DNA of 64,000 nt from Tubiluchus corallicola (taxonomy: Eukaryota; Animalia; Priapulida): assembly GCA_030141605.1 (NCBI GenBank), contig JAQGDQ010000134.1, forward strand, positions 456,816-520,815. Direction: 5' to 3'. Under the pieces are notes generated by a model that worked only from the letters and a program-made list of their open reading frames with translations, was not told the DNA's origin and ran no database searches. The position numbers were made by a program, and so were the translations under genes. Below, piece after piece: positions 42,701-57,700 of the stretch (positions are counted from its first letter, which is position 1; every line of letters starts with the position of its first letter).

Positions 42701-45700
42701 TACAGCTTTCTATACTATAGCAGGTTCAATTCAACTGTACAGCATCTTGAAAGAAGTGATTGTTTTTACCAAGACCGAGCTTTCTTTGATGGTGTCTATA
42801 TCATGTATAGCTTTCTGTGCCACAGCAGGATTCACGTCTTCCATGGCGGCTACCAGATGACAAAACGCTGTCGATAATGCGGACTGTAAAATCTGATTAT
42901 CTTTTACCGGTTGCGGGTCCAAGAAACGAGCCAACACCGTAACCTTCTCAACTGCAATAAACATGTTGAATTTTACATTTAATGCAATCAATTTATAAAA
43001 AATGAGTTCTGTTAAACATGTTCTGTATTTACCAACACAAGTTTGCATTTCTGATAATGCCGAAGACTAGGAATATCTAAACACAGATTACTTAAATGAT
43101 TCATTTGGCACATACGTAGAAAAGGCACTCACTGCAAAAAAATTTAAAAGTTTTTACATTAATTAAATTACTGTTAAATAATTGGAGCTACTCGACATAA
43201 ACGTAATGGATAAAATTTAAATCAAAGTTTGCTAAATAAGTCAAAGATAAATCAAAACACGCCCTATAACTTTTATCAATGTATCTGCCAAAAACTGCCA
43301 ATATATAATGTTACAATGAATACAGCAATATATGCAAATGGTTTGTCAGGTGAGTACTTGTATTCAATTCTCAATTACAAACAAATTGTTTAAGCATTAT
43401 ATGTGCATGCAATTTCCTTGAACAACTAGCCCAGAATGCAAAATATCAAGTTATTCTTTTACTGAGTTTTTTCTGCCCAACTCCCTGGATATGTTGTTTA
43501 GAATACTGTTTAGCATTGGAATCTATTTCACGAAGATGTTATTTAGAACAAGAAACTCCTCTTTTGTATGTAACAATATAAAACCGGCTAAAAACTCATT
43601 GCACGAGCAACAATGAGAACGAGAGCAAACAGATGTGTTTATAAGGTTACATCACGAGCACGAAACTCAAAAGTCAACCATGGAGTGATATACATTAGCT
43701 AGCTATATACAGGTTGACATGTTTTAATACTCAATTCCACATTGCAAAGATTTCTTGTGTTACAGTATTCTTGGGAACATAAGCGATGAGTAGTTCGCCA
43801 AGGCGTTCACACTAGACTGGAAATCAACTCGCAGCAACAAGTCCGAGAGTTTGCAATTTCCTGTTGACAGCAGTTCATCCTTGTGAGTTTGCTGTCAGAG
43901 AGAAAACAAGCAACAGAAAACTCACTAGTCTGAATGTGCTGTAATTTAGAATCCCGTTTTCTGTTACCAAAACTTGTCCTGTCTTCTTAGTACAAAATCC
44001 TTCCTACCTGCCGCAAATCGAGCTCTCATGTCATCATTAGCAAAGTCATCCTCGACGAGCTTCCAGAAAACGTCAGCACCAGAGGGCAACGTGATGCAGT
44101 GCAAGATGAGAGGAACGCAAACATGGGGAAGCTGAGAATATTTGGCCTGCAGCAACTTCCAGAAACTACAATTACAACATCAGGCAGATTTTAAAGGTAC
44201 AGAAGATCATTGTTACAAATTAATAACTGACGAATTCAAGAAATTTATATTTATTACTAGTATACAGCGTAGTATACAGTGTTCATAACCGAGTCATTAA
44301 GCATGTGCAGGTTTAGTGTATATGGCTGGTGACCCTCCTGGGCTTGTTACTCCCTGCAGGCAATTTCATTCGCCATACCGATTTGCCATTCGAACATGGC
44401 TCAGATACCTCTGTCAATTCAGTGGTTCATTTTAGTCGGATATCCTTGATAGCGAGCAAAGCTCTGGTCTTACCACAAATATTGCTGGGTGGAGTAGATC
44501 AGCAATTGAGCGCTGGAGTTGTCCTCGTCGTTGTCGTCGTCATCATCACTACCCTTATGAATCAAAGCAATAACAAAAAAAATCATTACTGCCTTTATTT
44601 ATAATAATAGCAATAGCGATTAACTATCAATAAATGGAAATCTAACTAACAATATCGAATTACCAACTTACTTTGGAATGAGTAGGTTCTCCTGGGACCA
44701 AATGAGGAAACCTCTATGCTCCTTGGCAGCAAGATTCAGACACTCGGCATGAAGAAACAACAACTTCAGACACTTCAGTGAGTTGTAAATGACGTCCGGA
44801 TCTGACTGTTCAGCAAGATCCTGGCGAGAACAAGAAGTAAACAATGTAAGTCAGTTACATGTGAGTCAGAAGAAGACAGTGCATAAAGAGAGGCGTATAG
44901 GTGCAGTCATGACACGTGCTTCACAATCGACGTTAAGCAACACTTAAGCTGATCACTGAATGATTCAGTACAGACCATGGCTTTATTTCACTTGTTACAT
45001 TGATTCTGGCTGCTTATCTCGATCAGGCAAGAATGCATTCATATTCGAACATAGACGCTTCTGCAGATTCGGTGGCGTGTCTTAGACTGTTATCCCTCAC
45101 AACAAGCAAGTTTTGGTTTAATCATAACATCAGATTTAAGTAGGACTTGTCACTGGGTGCTGGAATGTTTCAATGTTAGTGGCATAAATTAATCTTTCTT
45201 AAAGGAAAACCGGACGATTGTGTAAACATTAGTTCAAAATAAAGAATGCTCTAAAATGTTAAAAACTACAATAGCTATTTTTTTTAAATCAAAGCTTACA
45301 TTAAATAATATTACCTAGGATAATTAAATTTTCAAAGGCTCAGCGAATCCACTAAGACTGGCAATTGCCCCTTTTTGTCACGTTTGCATGGCTGACAAAT
45401 AGGCATGGTATCGTGATAAGCACGATAATGAAGTACAGTGTTCGTCAGTGATGTAGAGCCCATTTTCGTGACATCACATCACATCAGTGTCTTATAGCAA
45501 TCTTCAGGGAAGATGCCTACCATTGCACAAATTGTGGTTCGGTAGCTGTGTTCGGTTCCCGTTAATTAACTTTCCAAAGTAATTATTCAAATATTAGAAA
45601 CAATTACAAACTTTTATAGACAAGTAAATTAAATTTATAAGCCATATTTTGGAGTAAATTAAAATGAGATTGAGTATAATCAATCGTCTGGTTTTCCATT

Positions 45701-48700
45701 AATCAAATTAATTTGATCATCATAAAGCAGCATACCTTTAGTAATACATAGATGAGCTGCAGCTGAGATGGCAATTCATCCAAAGTGAATTTAAACTTTC
45801 CCTGCGACGTGTGCCAGAAATTTGCATCGTCCTCTTCTGGTTTCTGCAGCAACTGTTCGTTCTCATCCACCAGTGTTGCCGTAGCAACCTTGGCTGTGGC
45901 AAGTCCGACGTCGGTGTCGGTGAGCGTCACAGCACGTGCAATGGCAGATACGACGTGCTCCTGCGGCATGGCTGCGACCACGTCCATTTCGATGCCACCT
46001 TCTTCGCACTCTGTAGCCATCATGATCTTAGGACCTATAGGACTCATCTCTATGGCTTCATGGGGTTCCCCTGGCTTCATCTACAAAATCATGTGTTAAT
46101 ATTAGACATCAATTTAACATTTTCTAATAACAATAATTCTTTTAACTTTTTATGTGTTTATGTCTGTCTAACATTATAGCTTTGTTTATTAACCGATCAC
46201 TTATTGAAAAACAGCAGAAATTAAACTCATCAAAGCAATGCTAACACCTCAACTCCACCAAGCAGGGAAAACAGTCCAATGGACCTAACAATCTATGTAA
46301 ACAAAATCACACCTTGCACAACTGAAAACTCAAAACTGCACAAAAAAGACAGATAACGGCAGTTGATTGTACAAGTTTTTTTCATATGAACAAGCAATAA
46401 AACCAAGTAGGATAACATGTACATGAATTAATACATCAAACTTAACAGTATTAAAAGATTACTCATCATACAGCTTTAACAGCCTTCAATCATTCCAGTA
46501 TAACTAAAATCTCAGAGCTTTCGTATGTGATAACTAACATCTAATATTTACTGACCGTCACTAAAAGAGCCATTATTTATCATTGTGATAACATAAATAC
46601 GAATCCGTATTACTTCTGAGCTGTAAGGAAACACATTCAGAAACTCCTACTACCACACAAATGAAACTTTCATTTTCATTAGAAATTTTGCAGAAATAAC
46701 ATGAAACAAAATGTGAAAAAACTCTAAGTGATTGAAAGAAATAACTATATGCATTTGTTCTACAAAATCAAGCTAGGTACTCAAAGACCAATTCATGCAG
46801 GAGATCAAATAACAAACTAATAAGCAATCCAAAAAATTGGCATAATAAACCCTACGTTGCAGATGAACAGCGAGAGTTTTACAGCATTCTTGATGTACTT
46901 TCTAAGGGCACAGAGACGTGTGTAAAAACAATAAAGGGCTGCTGGAGATTGCGCACAAGTTCCCCATTTAGAATACTCGAGTTACAGTTTATTTACATGG
47001 GATGAAGGCTACAACAATATCTGCTGAGTTAGTATTTACCTCTTGTTCTGTTAGAAGGTGCACAGCTTCCGACTGCGATTGCGTGGGCTCGGGCTTCTGT
47101 TCTTCTTCTTCTTCTTCATCTTCTTCCCATGCGTCTTCAGCTCGCAGGTCGGCCGTCTTTGCCAGCTTTATTTGCCCTACTGGACAGATACATTCCAAAA
47201 CCTATAATGACAAAAAAGTGTATGTGTGGGTTACATGAATAAAAGTAAATAAAGGCAATCAAAAAAAGATGATGCGATAAAATTAAAAGGGCATGCAGTA
47301 GAACTCTGGTCTGTGCCAAGGCTTGCGGAGTAGAATTCTTTACTAAACTACATAGACATTTTAGGTTAAGATATAAACTGATATCTTTGCTCAGTAATCT
47401 TTAGCTTCCAAGTGAGAATTTCCCAAAATAGAACCTGGGAATAACTTATAGTCATTCATCCTGCTGGAGGTGTTTAGATAAAAGAACTATCCTATCTTAT
47501 AACACAGTTCCTCCTCTTTTAAAAGAGCTATAAAGCTAGCAGGGTTCTACCAAGCCCCCATGAAGCAAACCATAACAGTTGTTATACTACACAAGTTCGA
47601 TTAAGATTAGTGGAAAAATGCACAATTTGGGAGATTCCCGGTCACCGCCCACCTTCCCTTCCAAACCCATCCCTCCACAAAAGCTTTATGAAACCTAGTG
47701 AAGTGGTTGTTATGCACTTTAGCTAATTTTCCAAGCAACTGACTGATTGACAGAGTGACTAACTACTAACAAACAAGCTAACAAATCAATGGTGATGAGA
47801 ACTTGGAGGCAATCAAAATTCTAAAGTTAAGGCTTACTGCTCAAAAGGAGCAGATGAAGTACTGTAACAATTCTAGGTATACCTGCAGTGCTAATTGATA
47901 GAAAATACCAAAAGCGTAGCACAGCATACAGTCATTCGTCTCCTCGATATTAGAGCAGCGATGTTGACCCTGCCAAGGTGCCTCTATCATCAGTTTTAGT
48001 GCCATCATTACCTCTTTGGAAAATGGAGAATCCATCCCTTGATGTAAGGGCATCTCCTGAACTTCAATCTAAAGAATGAGCAGCATTGATCGAAACATAC
48101 ATTCGTAAATCAGAGAAAACAGAACAATATCATAAACTTCTTAAATAACTTTCAACAGTAAAATAATAATTGAAGAACGTTCATTACACTAACTAACTAC
48201 TAACTGGTCGTTACATCTTAATGGCCACATTTTTATAAAAAGCTCCTTGGAACAAAGATTGAATATTCATTCTTTTAATATTCAGTCAATTATCACTAAT
48301 GAATCTTACAATAAAAATGTAACGGTTTTTCATCTTTTGAAAATGAAAGCATGGTTTTAGATGAAACAATTTAATGGAAAACAAACACTGAGTTAAGCGA
48401 GAGAAAAAACTGTAGTTAGCTACACTCACTAATGAAGCATTTATTTCGTGAAAAGAAATTACATGAAATTTTGTGCAGCGAGACCACAAAAACTACAGCT
48501 ACTTTAGGAAATAAGGCCAATACAGAATTAATAAGAAATGAGCAAAATTAAGACTAAACCTCAAGTAAGTAGTTTGCAAGTAATACGTGAAGAGTAGAAT
48601 CCACACCTGTTTGAGTATAATGTCCAGCATGAGAATAAAACATGGAAGATTTCTCTCTGCACTGTTGCTGAAATCAGGGCCAGCGACTGTGTTCACACCT

Positions 48701-51700
48701 TGACCATCGTACTCATCTTCCTCAACGCAAATCTTAATCTATGATGCATAACCACAGATTTTAAATAACGCAGCCTCTGCCCATATATTATGGGTGAGCT
48801 TTAGGGGTAAGCATCCTCTACCACAAAGCGAATTTGAATCGAATAGACTTTGCGACTTTCTGATAATTTTTTTTAAATTGTGCACAGAAATCATAGCTAA
48901 ACTGTGCTAACTGCATGATGTTTCAAATGTTTTAATGATAAAGAACGTATGTGGTTGAAGTGCTGAATTATTCGAATCTACAATATTAGGTTCGAATCAA
49001 ATTCGAACTAAAAAAACTCGTTCGAATCGAATTCGATTCGAACTTTCGATCTCGAACATTCAATGCTCACCCCATTGAGCTTACACTACCAGATATCGAA
49101 TTCGAATGAAATTGAATTTCAATGAATCCAAATTGAGTTTGAATTCAGTATTAAATATTTTGAATAAATTTTGAATCATTAATAAAAAGTTGTTCTGCAG
49201 AGATCATGCATACTGCTTGATTTTGTTCTGCAGAAGAATTATAATTTATTTAAAAATTATGCTTAGAGATTGCAGCTAAACCATCCTGATTGCATGACAT
49301 TTCAAGCGTTTTAAAGACCGAACATAATCAATGTGTTGAATGATGTGAATCTACAATTTTAGATTCAAATCAAATGTGAATTAAGAAAAGTTCATTCGAA
49401 GTGAACTGAAATGTTCAATGATTACTCCTAACTCACATACACTACTACCCATCTAGCATATAAAGTAAAGTAAAAAATGGTAAGCATGTTCTATAATTTC
49501 ACAAATTGTTTTTAGACTTAGTAAAGCACAATGGCATACCATTAACTTTGTAGCCTCTGGATTATTCTCAACATTAGTATCCATGGTAGAGCTGATTCCA
49601 GTCTGAAACACCTTGATAATTTGTTCCATTGGTAGGTAAATTTCTAGTGAAGACAGCAACTAAAAAAACACAGAATAAATATTCAATAAATAATAATTAA
49701 CTACGTAATTTTGAAGCAAATTAACATACATTGAAAATGAATTATACATAACAGCTATGGTATATGACAGTTTGACCGGCCATGATTGCTAATGATTATT
49801 TGTTAATACCATTGGAAGGCATAATCTATCTTCTTAGTTCGCACACAAACAACATTGTAAACAAATTTTACGACAAAAACTAATTAACTAAACTAAAAAA
49901 TAAAATTTGCAGTTCTGGCATTCCCACCCCTCAGCTTTTGTAACAGAAGTTTGTTGTGGTTAGCAAATCAGTGTAAACAACTGAAAGTAAGTTGAAATCA
50001 TAGCAGCAAATGTTATTATAGTGGTTCACAATAGTGTTGTTAAACGATAGTTATGGGTACAAATCAACACAGAAAATAGCCTAGTTTTGGTATCGTATCA
50101 CACCCAAATCACTATAGGGAGATTTCTGTGGGAAGAAAAATGCTAGTATTCTCTATATGGACTGTTTGCTCTGAACACTTATTGCACGGGTGGGCTTCAT
50201 ATCGACTAGCTGCTGAGCTCGCTTAAGTACGCAGTATTTAGAACAAACAATATTACCAAAGGGATGGGAAAAATAAAAGCTGAATTCTTGCAGTACAGAC
50301 AGAAATTAATTACCAAATAAAGTTTGACTTTGATTTAATATGTTTTTTCACTCACATCAAGTCGATTTGCTAGAAAAATCTATAAACTTTTATCAAATTC
50401 AAAATGTTCGTATCGATATCGCATCACCAAATTAGTATCGATTAATAACACTAGTACCCAAATCAGCAGTAAACTGCTACATGCCTGTTTCAACATTATA
50501 GTCATCTGATTTTTTTCTGTTGGTCTCTGCTTTGTGCGATGCAAATTGAGCACCATATTGGTCAACTATGCTGTCTTTAGGGCACAAATGCCACAAATTT
50601 TGTCAATTCAGCTTTAAAATTTATTAATACTGATAATGACTTTATTATTATTTTATCGATATCGTTGTCATCATTGATCGGCACAACACTGGTTTTCACA
50701 TTGACATACTCTTTCTGTTTCTCTGTCTTTCTTCTCTTTCATTCTTTTCATCCATCCCACTCTTTCTCCTTTTTCATTTCTTCCTGAGGTGGCCTTTAAT
50801 TTATGCGGCATTTTGCCATTTTTAGGTCTCCTGAGCCACACCGCTTTATTATTTGTAGTTTAAGTATATTAACTTTTTGTGTTTGTTGTTTTTTCTTCAG
50901 CTATGTTGTAGATTTATATTTGTAATTCGTATTTTGCTGCATGAAAATAAACTAACTTGAACTTGAACTTGGTCTACTGTGGGAATGCCTTGGAAAAAAT
51001 ATACATGCATGCAACAGGCTAAAAATACACATAGCTGGCCACTAGGCATGTCACCTCAGTTTAGTTTTTTCTTCCACAGCTACCAATTTTTTTGTGAAGC
51101 TCAGAAACAAATGTATAACACAAAATAAAAACTGACGACATAGATGACATTTACCTGTAACCATTCCAGAGCTTGTTCTTGGATTATTGCCGGTGTGTTC
51201 TGAAACCTTACTGACACAAACTTGTACATCTTATCCACAGAGAACGGCAGAGGACACAGGTCAAGGTCAAACGTTTTACTGAAACAAAATAATACAATAA
51301 TAAACGATCACATGATAACAGTATCTCTAAACAAATAGTATGAGATAGGCCTCACTGAGCTAATCCCAATGGTATAAAATGTGTGCACGAGTGAAGTATT
51401 TTTCTTCAATAAATTTAACTATAGTTCTGGAATCATTAGTGGTGGGTCAAAATTAAGCTGTTACATTTTCAGTTTTATAACTACAGTACTAGCACTGTCC
51501 TTTTTGCTTGTTACTAGATTTTTAAACTTGTACAAAATCAAGTCGCAGGTTTGCAATTCCAAATTTAAAACTGGCAAAATATTAAAGACGTATGATGCTT
51601 GCCAAGGCCTGATTAAGAGCTCAAATGGCACTAGTGCTTATTTTGCTTAATGGTTAATCCAGGCTAATGCTTGTTCAGTCAGTGCTGAATGTGACTAGTT

Positions 51701-54700
51701 TGTTCCATCATGAGAGAGAAATATTCTCATAACAGGTATGGAAGAAAATGATGACTGTTGAAACACACCCCCCCCCCGGCTTCTTTCCCGAAAGACTTGA
51801 ACTTACGGCCTTTTACCTAAAGGTAGATGCACGAACAATCAGGTCGCTTACACAAGACAAAATGCCATAATTCTTGGAAAACTGTCTTCTGAATTCAGCC
51901 ACATAAAATTATCATTAGTAATTATCACAGCATCAAGGTTTTATGGGTCACCTTTCAATTGTATCTGAAGGTCGGTGCTTGTTTCACTTTTTACAGAATA
52001 CGAAAAGCAAAGCAATAAAAGTTTTGTGATGTTTCTTTCATATTCTTAACGCCTTCATCAAACAGAATGCAAAGTATTTTACCTCTTCCAACAGATTTAC
52101 TTTTGTAAGTTCAGATTGTATTCACAGTTTCACTGTGTACATTTCTATAATGCATTCAGAATCATCCCACACAATGCCATAAGATCTTGACGAAACAAAG
52201 CAAATATATATTTTGCACCTACACGCTTTGCGTAGTTATTTCATATTACCGATTTCAAAGACCAAGACCACAATTTTAATTATCTGACGTATAAGCTTTA
52301 GCTGGATAGTTATGAAAAAATTTTTTTAAAAGCTAACTGCTACAAAATGATGAGATCAAAGAAATGCGTCAATTGTGCATACGGTAAGCATACAAATCTT
52401 TAAAACCAGAGAGAGTCAAATAAAAGTCAGTCAGTTCTACACATGTTCAACAACTTGATTCTCTAGTTCATTAGATTTCTGACTGAGCAGTTGAATCAGA
52501 AGATGCGGTTGACGATACTGAAAAACTAGATGAACTTTTGCTAGAAAGTCAAAATAGCAAGTATCTTTAAAATGAATAATTTCTCATCCGAGTATAACTT
52601 CACGCTCCTGTCGAACGAAGTCATTTCCACTGGCCTTGAGAACCCTTTCACAAATCCCATCTACAAAAGTGGCATAATTGTGTTCACGCTTTCGCTAGTT
52701 GTACTCGACTTATTTGTCGTCAGAGCCATCCTCTCAACAAAGACGCTGTGGAGTTCTGGAAATCTCCTCTTAGCAAACTTGGCCACTTCACACGCGTGCT
52801 TTGGAACATTTCAGATCTGCATGAACGTCCAGAGGATCATCTACCAAAAGTTTTCGTTGGCAAGTTGCTTTTTTAACATATTCTCGACGTACGCGTTTCT
52901 CTTATCGGGCATGTTAACCCACACGAGTATGACAATAGACCGTTACATAGCTATTGTCTACCCTCTTCATCACTCAATGATCTGTACGATCAATCGCATT
53001 AGAATAGTCATAGCTTGTCAGTGGATGTACTGCATCATCATTGGCATGTTGGCGATGATGCGGGTAATGATGGGTGAATCTGATGGCAAATTTGGAAACT
53101 GTATACCAACGAGGCACATATACCACGCATTCGCTCTATTCTATAGTGCACATTATTTTCTACTGCTCCTGGTATTGATGTTCGTTTACTCTCGCGTTTT
53201 CAATATTGTATTGCAACACAAAAAACGCGTAACACCGATGACTCATCTACCCGGGGCAGAGCAACAGTATTTCTCCACACGAAAAAGAATAAAAACGGCA
53301 CTGTCCGTATTTCTGCTGACGTCTGTGACAGTTTTTTCGCTATCGCCAACATTTGTGCACTCCATCTTTTATCATACTGGCAGATTGTCGAGTGCGTTTG
53401 GTGTCGCAAAGAAAGTAGCCAACATAATGTTGGTGCTCACTGGTATCTTGAACATCTGTATCTACTTTTACAAAATTAAAGAGTTGAGGGGTATTTTGGC
53501 AAGATTATTATGTAGAAAGCCTCAAAATAATGCCCAAGCCATCGTTGTTGTGGCAGCTATTGCACAAAAATAACATATTGCAATTGCAATTGCATATAAT
53601 TAGGGTTAGGACGGAATATTTCATGGACAACAGACGCAGTTTCCAAAGGCCAGTGTCCAAAGATGAAAAGAAGTTTTATGGTATTTGGAAAATCAGGACT
53701 CACTGCTAGAGAAATCTGGTAAAAAAATTACAACGTAAAAGATCTTAAGGTACTTAACTCCCAAACAGAATGTACAGTAAGTCTTCATTTAATGACACTA
53801 ATGCTTTTTTTAGCAAAACACAAGGTTAAACAAACCCTAGTTAAATTAAACCATGCTTTCTATAAAAAATAATGTAAAGGCACAGCCTAGGCAAAAATTA
53901 ATAATGTTTAGGTAATATCAACCAACCAAGCATTTGTGAATTTTACTGGTCACATTTATGCAATTTATTAGTTTATTAAGAAGTAAAATCTTGAGGCAGT
54001 TGTCGCACAATTTTGCCTAAAATTACGGATCCGGTGATTTGGTAGACTTCAATTTTGTTTGTAATTAGAATCAGTAATTTGTAATTTCAGATATTACTTT
54101 TCCATATTACTTATGACACTATTCAAAAAATGAACTTTTTGTTTACTGCTTTTTGTAAATTGTATTTACAGTTAGCAGAGTCAAACAAACAACTCTGCTA
54201 CTATCTGCTGCTTTCGCTCTTTCACACATGAAAAAGACACAACCCTTATCAGAACACACATGATAGCATTAACCTGTTTTAAAATGGCCCATTTCTTTTT
54301 GTTATGGATTTTTGCATCTGCTTCATGTATGCTCACTGATGAATTCCTTGTTGTGTTGTTTTAAAAGGATAGATGCAAATGCACTGCTGGTCTACAGCTT
54401 TTGGTGTTAAATAATAAAACGTAGCATAGTTTTCCGTCTTATGTTTTTTGTTTGTTCATGGAATAAGCAACGTTAGGCATGTAACGCAAAGTTTCTAAAC
54501 AACTATCATCAGACTTACGCAACTTGTTTAAAATTTAACTTTTTATATAGCAAATGTGGTCATTCACCATTGCGAATTCTCTATGTGTTTCATTAATATT
54601 TCTAATTCAATTCAACCTTGAAATTATAAGATTCTAATAAAATCTTAACACCGTATCACATTTATCGTAAAATAAATGCTTTTGAAAAAGGTAATCAGTT

Positions 54701-57700
54701 GTTGAGAATGTTCAATATAATTCTATTAAAGGAAGTGAGTTGTCTAAACATGTACAATGTTAGTTTCGCAGAAACCAAATGTGGTAGATCTTGCGTATGC
54801 GCTCAGGTAAATTTTGTTGAAGCACGTTCACTTTGTCCAAGATTCAAACTCACTTCTCACCAACGCTACCTCATACTATTATAAATAAACCTATTTTTCA
54901 TTTAATATTATATATTTGTGCTTACAGCAACTACCAAACAGGCATCTGAAAACTCAGTGTCAAAAACGTGACATGAAAATAAAAATTCATATACTGTGAA
55001 AGAAAGCTCTCAAGATCACTGAGTAAGGCTAGAATGACATCACAAAATGGTGATTATGCTTTCAACTAGACCATATATGAACATAGATGTAAGACTTAAA
55101 TGAGATTCAACTAGCATGCACATTAAGAATGCATTTTTGAAGTACCGTATTATAGCACTGTTAGACTTAATATGTGCTAATTATAATAATAACTATATTG
55201 GTTAATAAAAAACCCATGTTATGATACTAGGAACCATAGTTACAAGGCGTCTTTGCAGAATGCTATATAACCCATTTCATTTACATTTACATTCGAAGAA
55301 TATAGTTAAAGTGACTTCTAAACCCAAAATAAAAGTCAGCACCCACTTAAGCAAAGAAATGAGTTTTATTCAGACACAAACATCTGCAACATTTCCACCA
55401 GTATGTGGCTGAATCTTTGCTTAAGTGGGTATTGACTGTTAGTTTCACTTTAAGAAATTGTTTTTCCCATCACCAATCAGTTTCTAAACCTTATGAAAAG
55501 TTATGATCAGTTCATCCTGAATGCTTTTAGCTTTTTGGCGATGAAAACTTTTCAGGGAATATAAAAAGTGCTCTACATACCAAAGTAAAACCTTTAATTC
55601 AGACAATTCATCCTTTGGTATAAAAGTCTGTAGTCCTTCTAACCAGTATGGCATAATGTAGTACCAAACTTCAAAACTAATAACGTCATAAGGAATCAAA
55701 CAGAACAGACGATTCAGACCCTCTTTGATCTTTTCCGTTGCCGTTGATAACGTATCCCTAAAAATAAATAAACATTTACATGACAAATAATGCAAATAAA
55801 TAAAAAACATTTTTCGCAATATCAAATATACATTCAATAAAATTTAAATAACTGCAATAAAAGACAATTGTATGACAAATAACACATCAAAGTGCTAGAC
55901 CTTTTTACAATCATTAGGCTAATAAAAACTACCAGGCACCCTGATTCAAACCATATTTTTCTTGTTTAAAAGGACATAATTAATTCCAATGGACTGCCTC
56001 TTAAATGGAAAGTCCACATAGACATTCACTTACTAAGTTACCCATTGTTATGTGCACCATTAAGAAGTCTTTAAGAAGCTTTACGTTTTAATAAAATTTC
56101 TCTAAATTGGCCAAGAATGGCAGCAAACCCACACCAGCTTCACACCAAGTGCACAGACCATCTGGAACCTGACGAACTGTCACTTCAGAATTCACTTATT
56201 GAAAAAATACATTTAGTAAAGTTACAACCACAAGAAAATAGCAGTAATTTAACAAATCAATCAAATAACTTAGAAAAGGCTTTTCTCAAACGGAAACTTT
56301 TGCTAGAGCGAACTCACCAGTGGCCACCAACTCGTGCATATTCCGGTGGCTCAGGCAATAAACAGGAAACAAACACGTCAAAGTAATTTTTCCTGACAAC
56401 CGACAGCCATTTGTAGATGTACTGCAATGCAAGATAATCACATTCTAAAAAAATCTTTTTCAAATCTATATTTAAAATGAAAAGTGTGTTTGCTTATGTG
56501 TTGAAAATTCTACTGTAAAAACTTAAGAATGGGAAGATATTTATTTCCAAAATATTTACAGATAATAGTTATCAACTTTTTGTTATTATACTGGGATACT
56601 GTTTCGCTAACAAGGAGCAGATTGGTTAAAAAACTCAAATTTTCTTATTCGATGTCTACTAGATGTTCACCCATCAAGCAGAAAGGTGTCTTTAAATTTT
56701 GTTATAGTGCACTAGAGAATGTAATTTCTGCTCGTAAACATATTAGAATCTGTCCAGTCCAGTCTAAAAAACGCTGTAAAGAATAGTTTGCAGTGGCAAT
56801 TTTTTCGCCTATTTCTTCAGCTACTAAATTATAGTTAAAACAGCAAAGGTGATCTGTCACAGCCAACTATTTAAATTTATTTTGAATAGTTATTGTTTAC
56901 ATACTTTTTCAACAGTATCAACAAAATCAAAATCTAAAAGGTAGTAAAACACAAAGGAAGGACACTTCTTAAGGGAAATGCATCATGCACTATTTCACAA
57001 ACATTATCCCTGGTCACTTTTTAGGATAAAAGATGTTACACTCATATCTCGGTTTGCCAGACCTCACTTTTATGGATATTGGAAAATTTGGACAGAATCT
57101 CGTGCATAGAAAGTCCCGCATACAATGGACACAGTCCGTTATTTCGCGAGCTCACAGCCAGCTGGCAGGCCGTCACTTTGTTTACATCCAAACAGCATGT
57201 AACGATACATGTGTAGCTAGTATGTCAGCGTGTTGAGTGGTTTAATCAGTGTGTGTAAATGATTCAGAGTCAATTGTGCAGAGTTATTTGAATCAATTGC
57301 CGACAGTTTTTATATACTTTTGCATATGAGCAGCCCGTACTAGACGTTTTTCAGACATTGATTCTACATAACCCTGCGATTGATTCTACATAACCCTGAG
57401 TCTGACACATGGCGCCTACTACATTAGCTTAGTATCAGAAAATACGGACAATCAGCAAATTCGGATCGCCGTCTCCCCGCTTTTGTCCATCAAACCTAGA
57501 TGAGTGTACTTATATAAATTAAATTACTTAAATTTAAGATACCACAGGCCTACCTCTGTCTTCAAACTTTCCAGAGCTGCACCCACCATATCTGTAAAAT
57601 AGAAATGAGAATATTAAAACACTGATGTATCTTTTCTAGCAACAATACATTGAGTTTCAAGGACTATGGTATTCCTTTTCATGCCTACCATGCTTTGTAC

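Noticed and set aside
42282-42877. Two plus-strand ORFs of about 190 aa with 35-aa repeats; a superficially CRISPR-like array
   Set aside because: The ORFs arise only because the 105-bp unit is a multiple of 3 and they are antisense to an unc-79 exon end. There are no unique spacers or cas genes, and the context is eukaryotic.
45785-46179. Plus-strand ORFs of 104 and 122 aa
   Set aside because: Antisense shadows of unc-79 exon 45736-46080.
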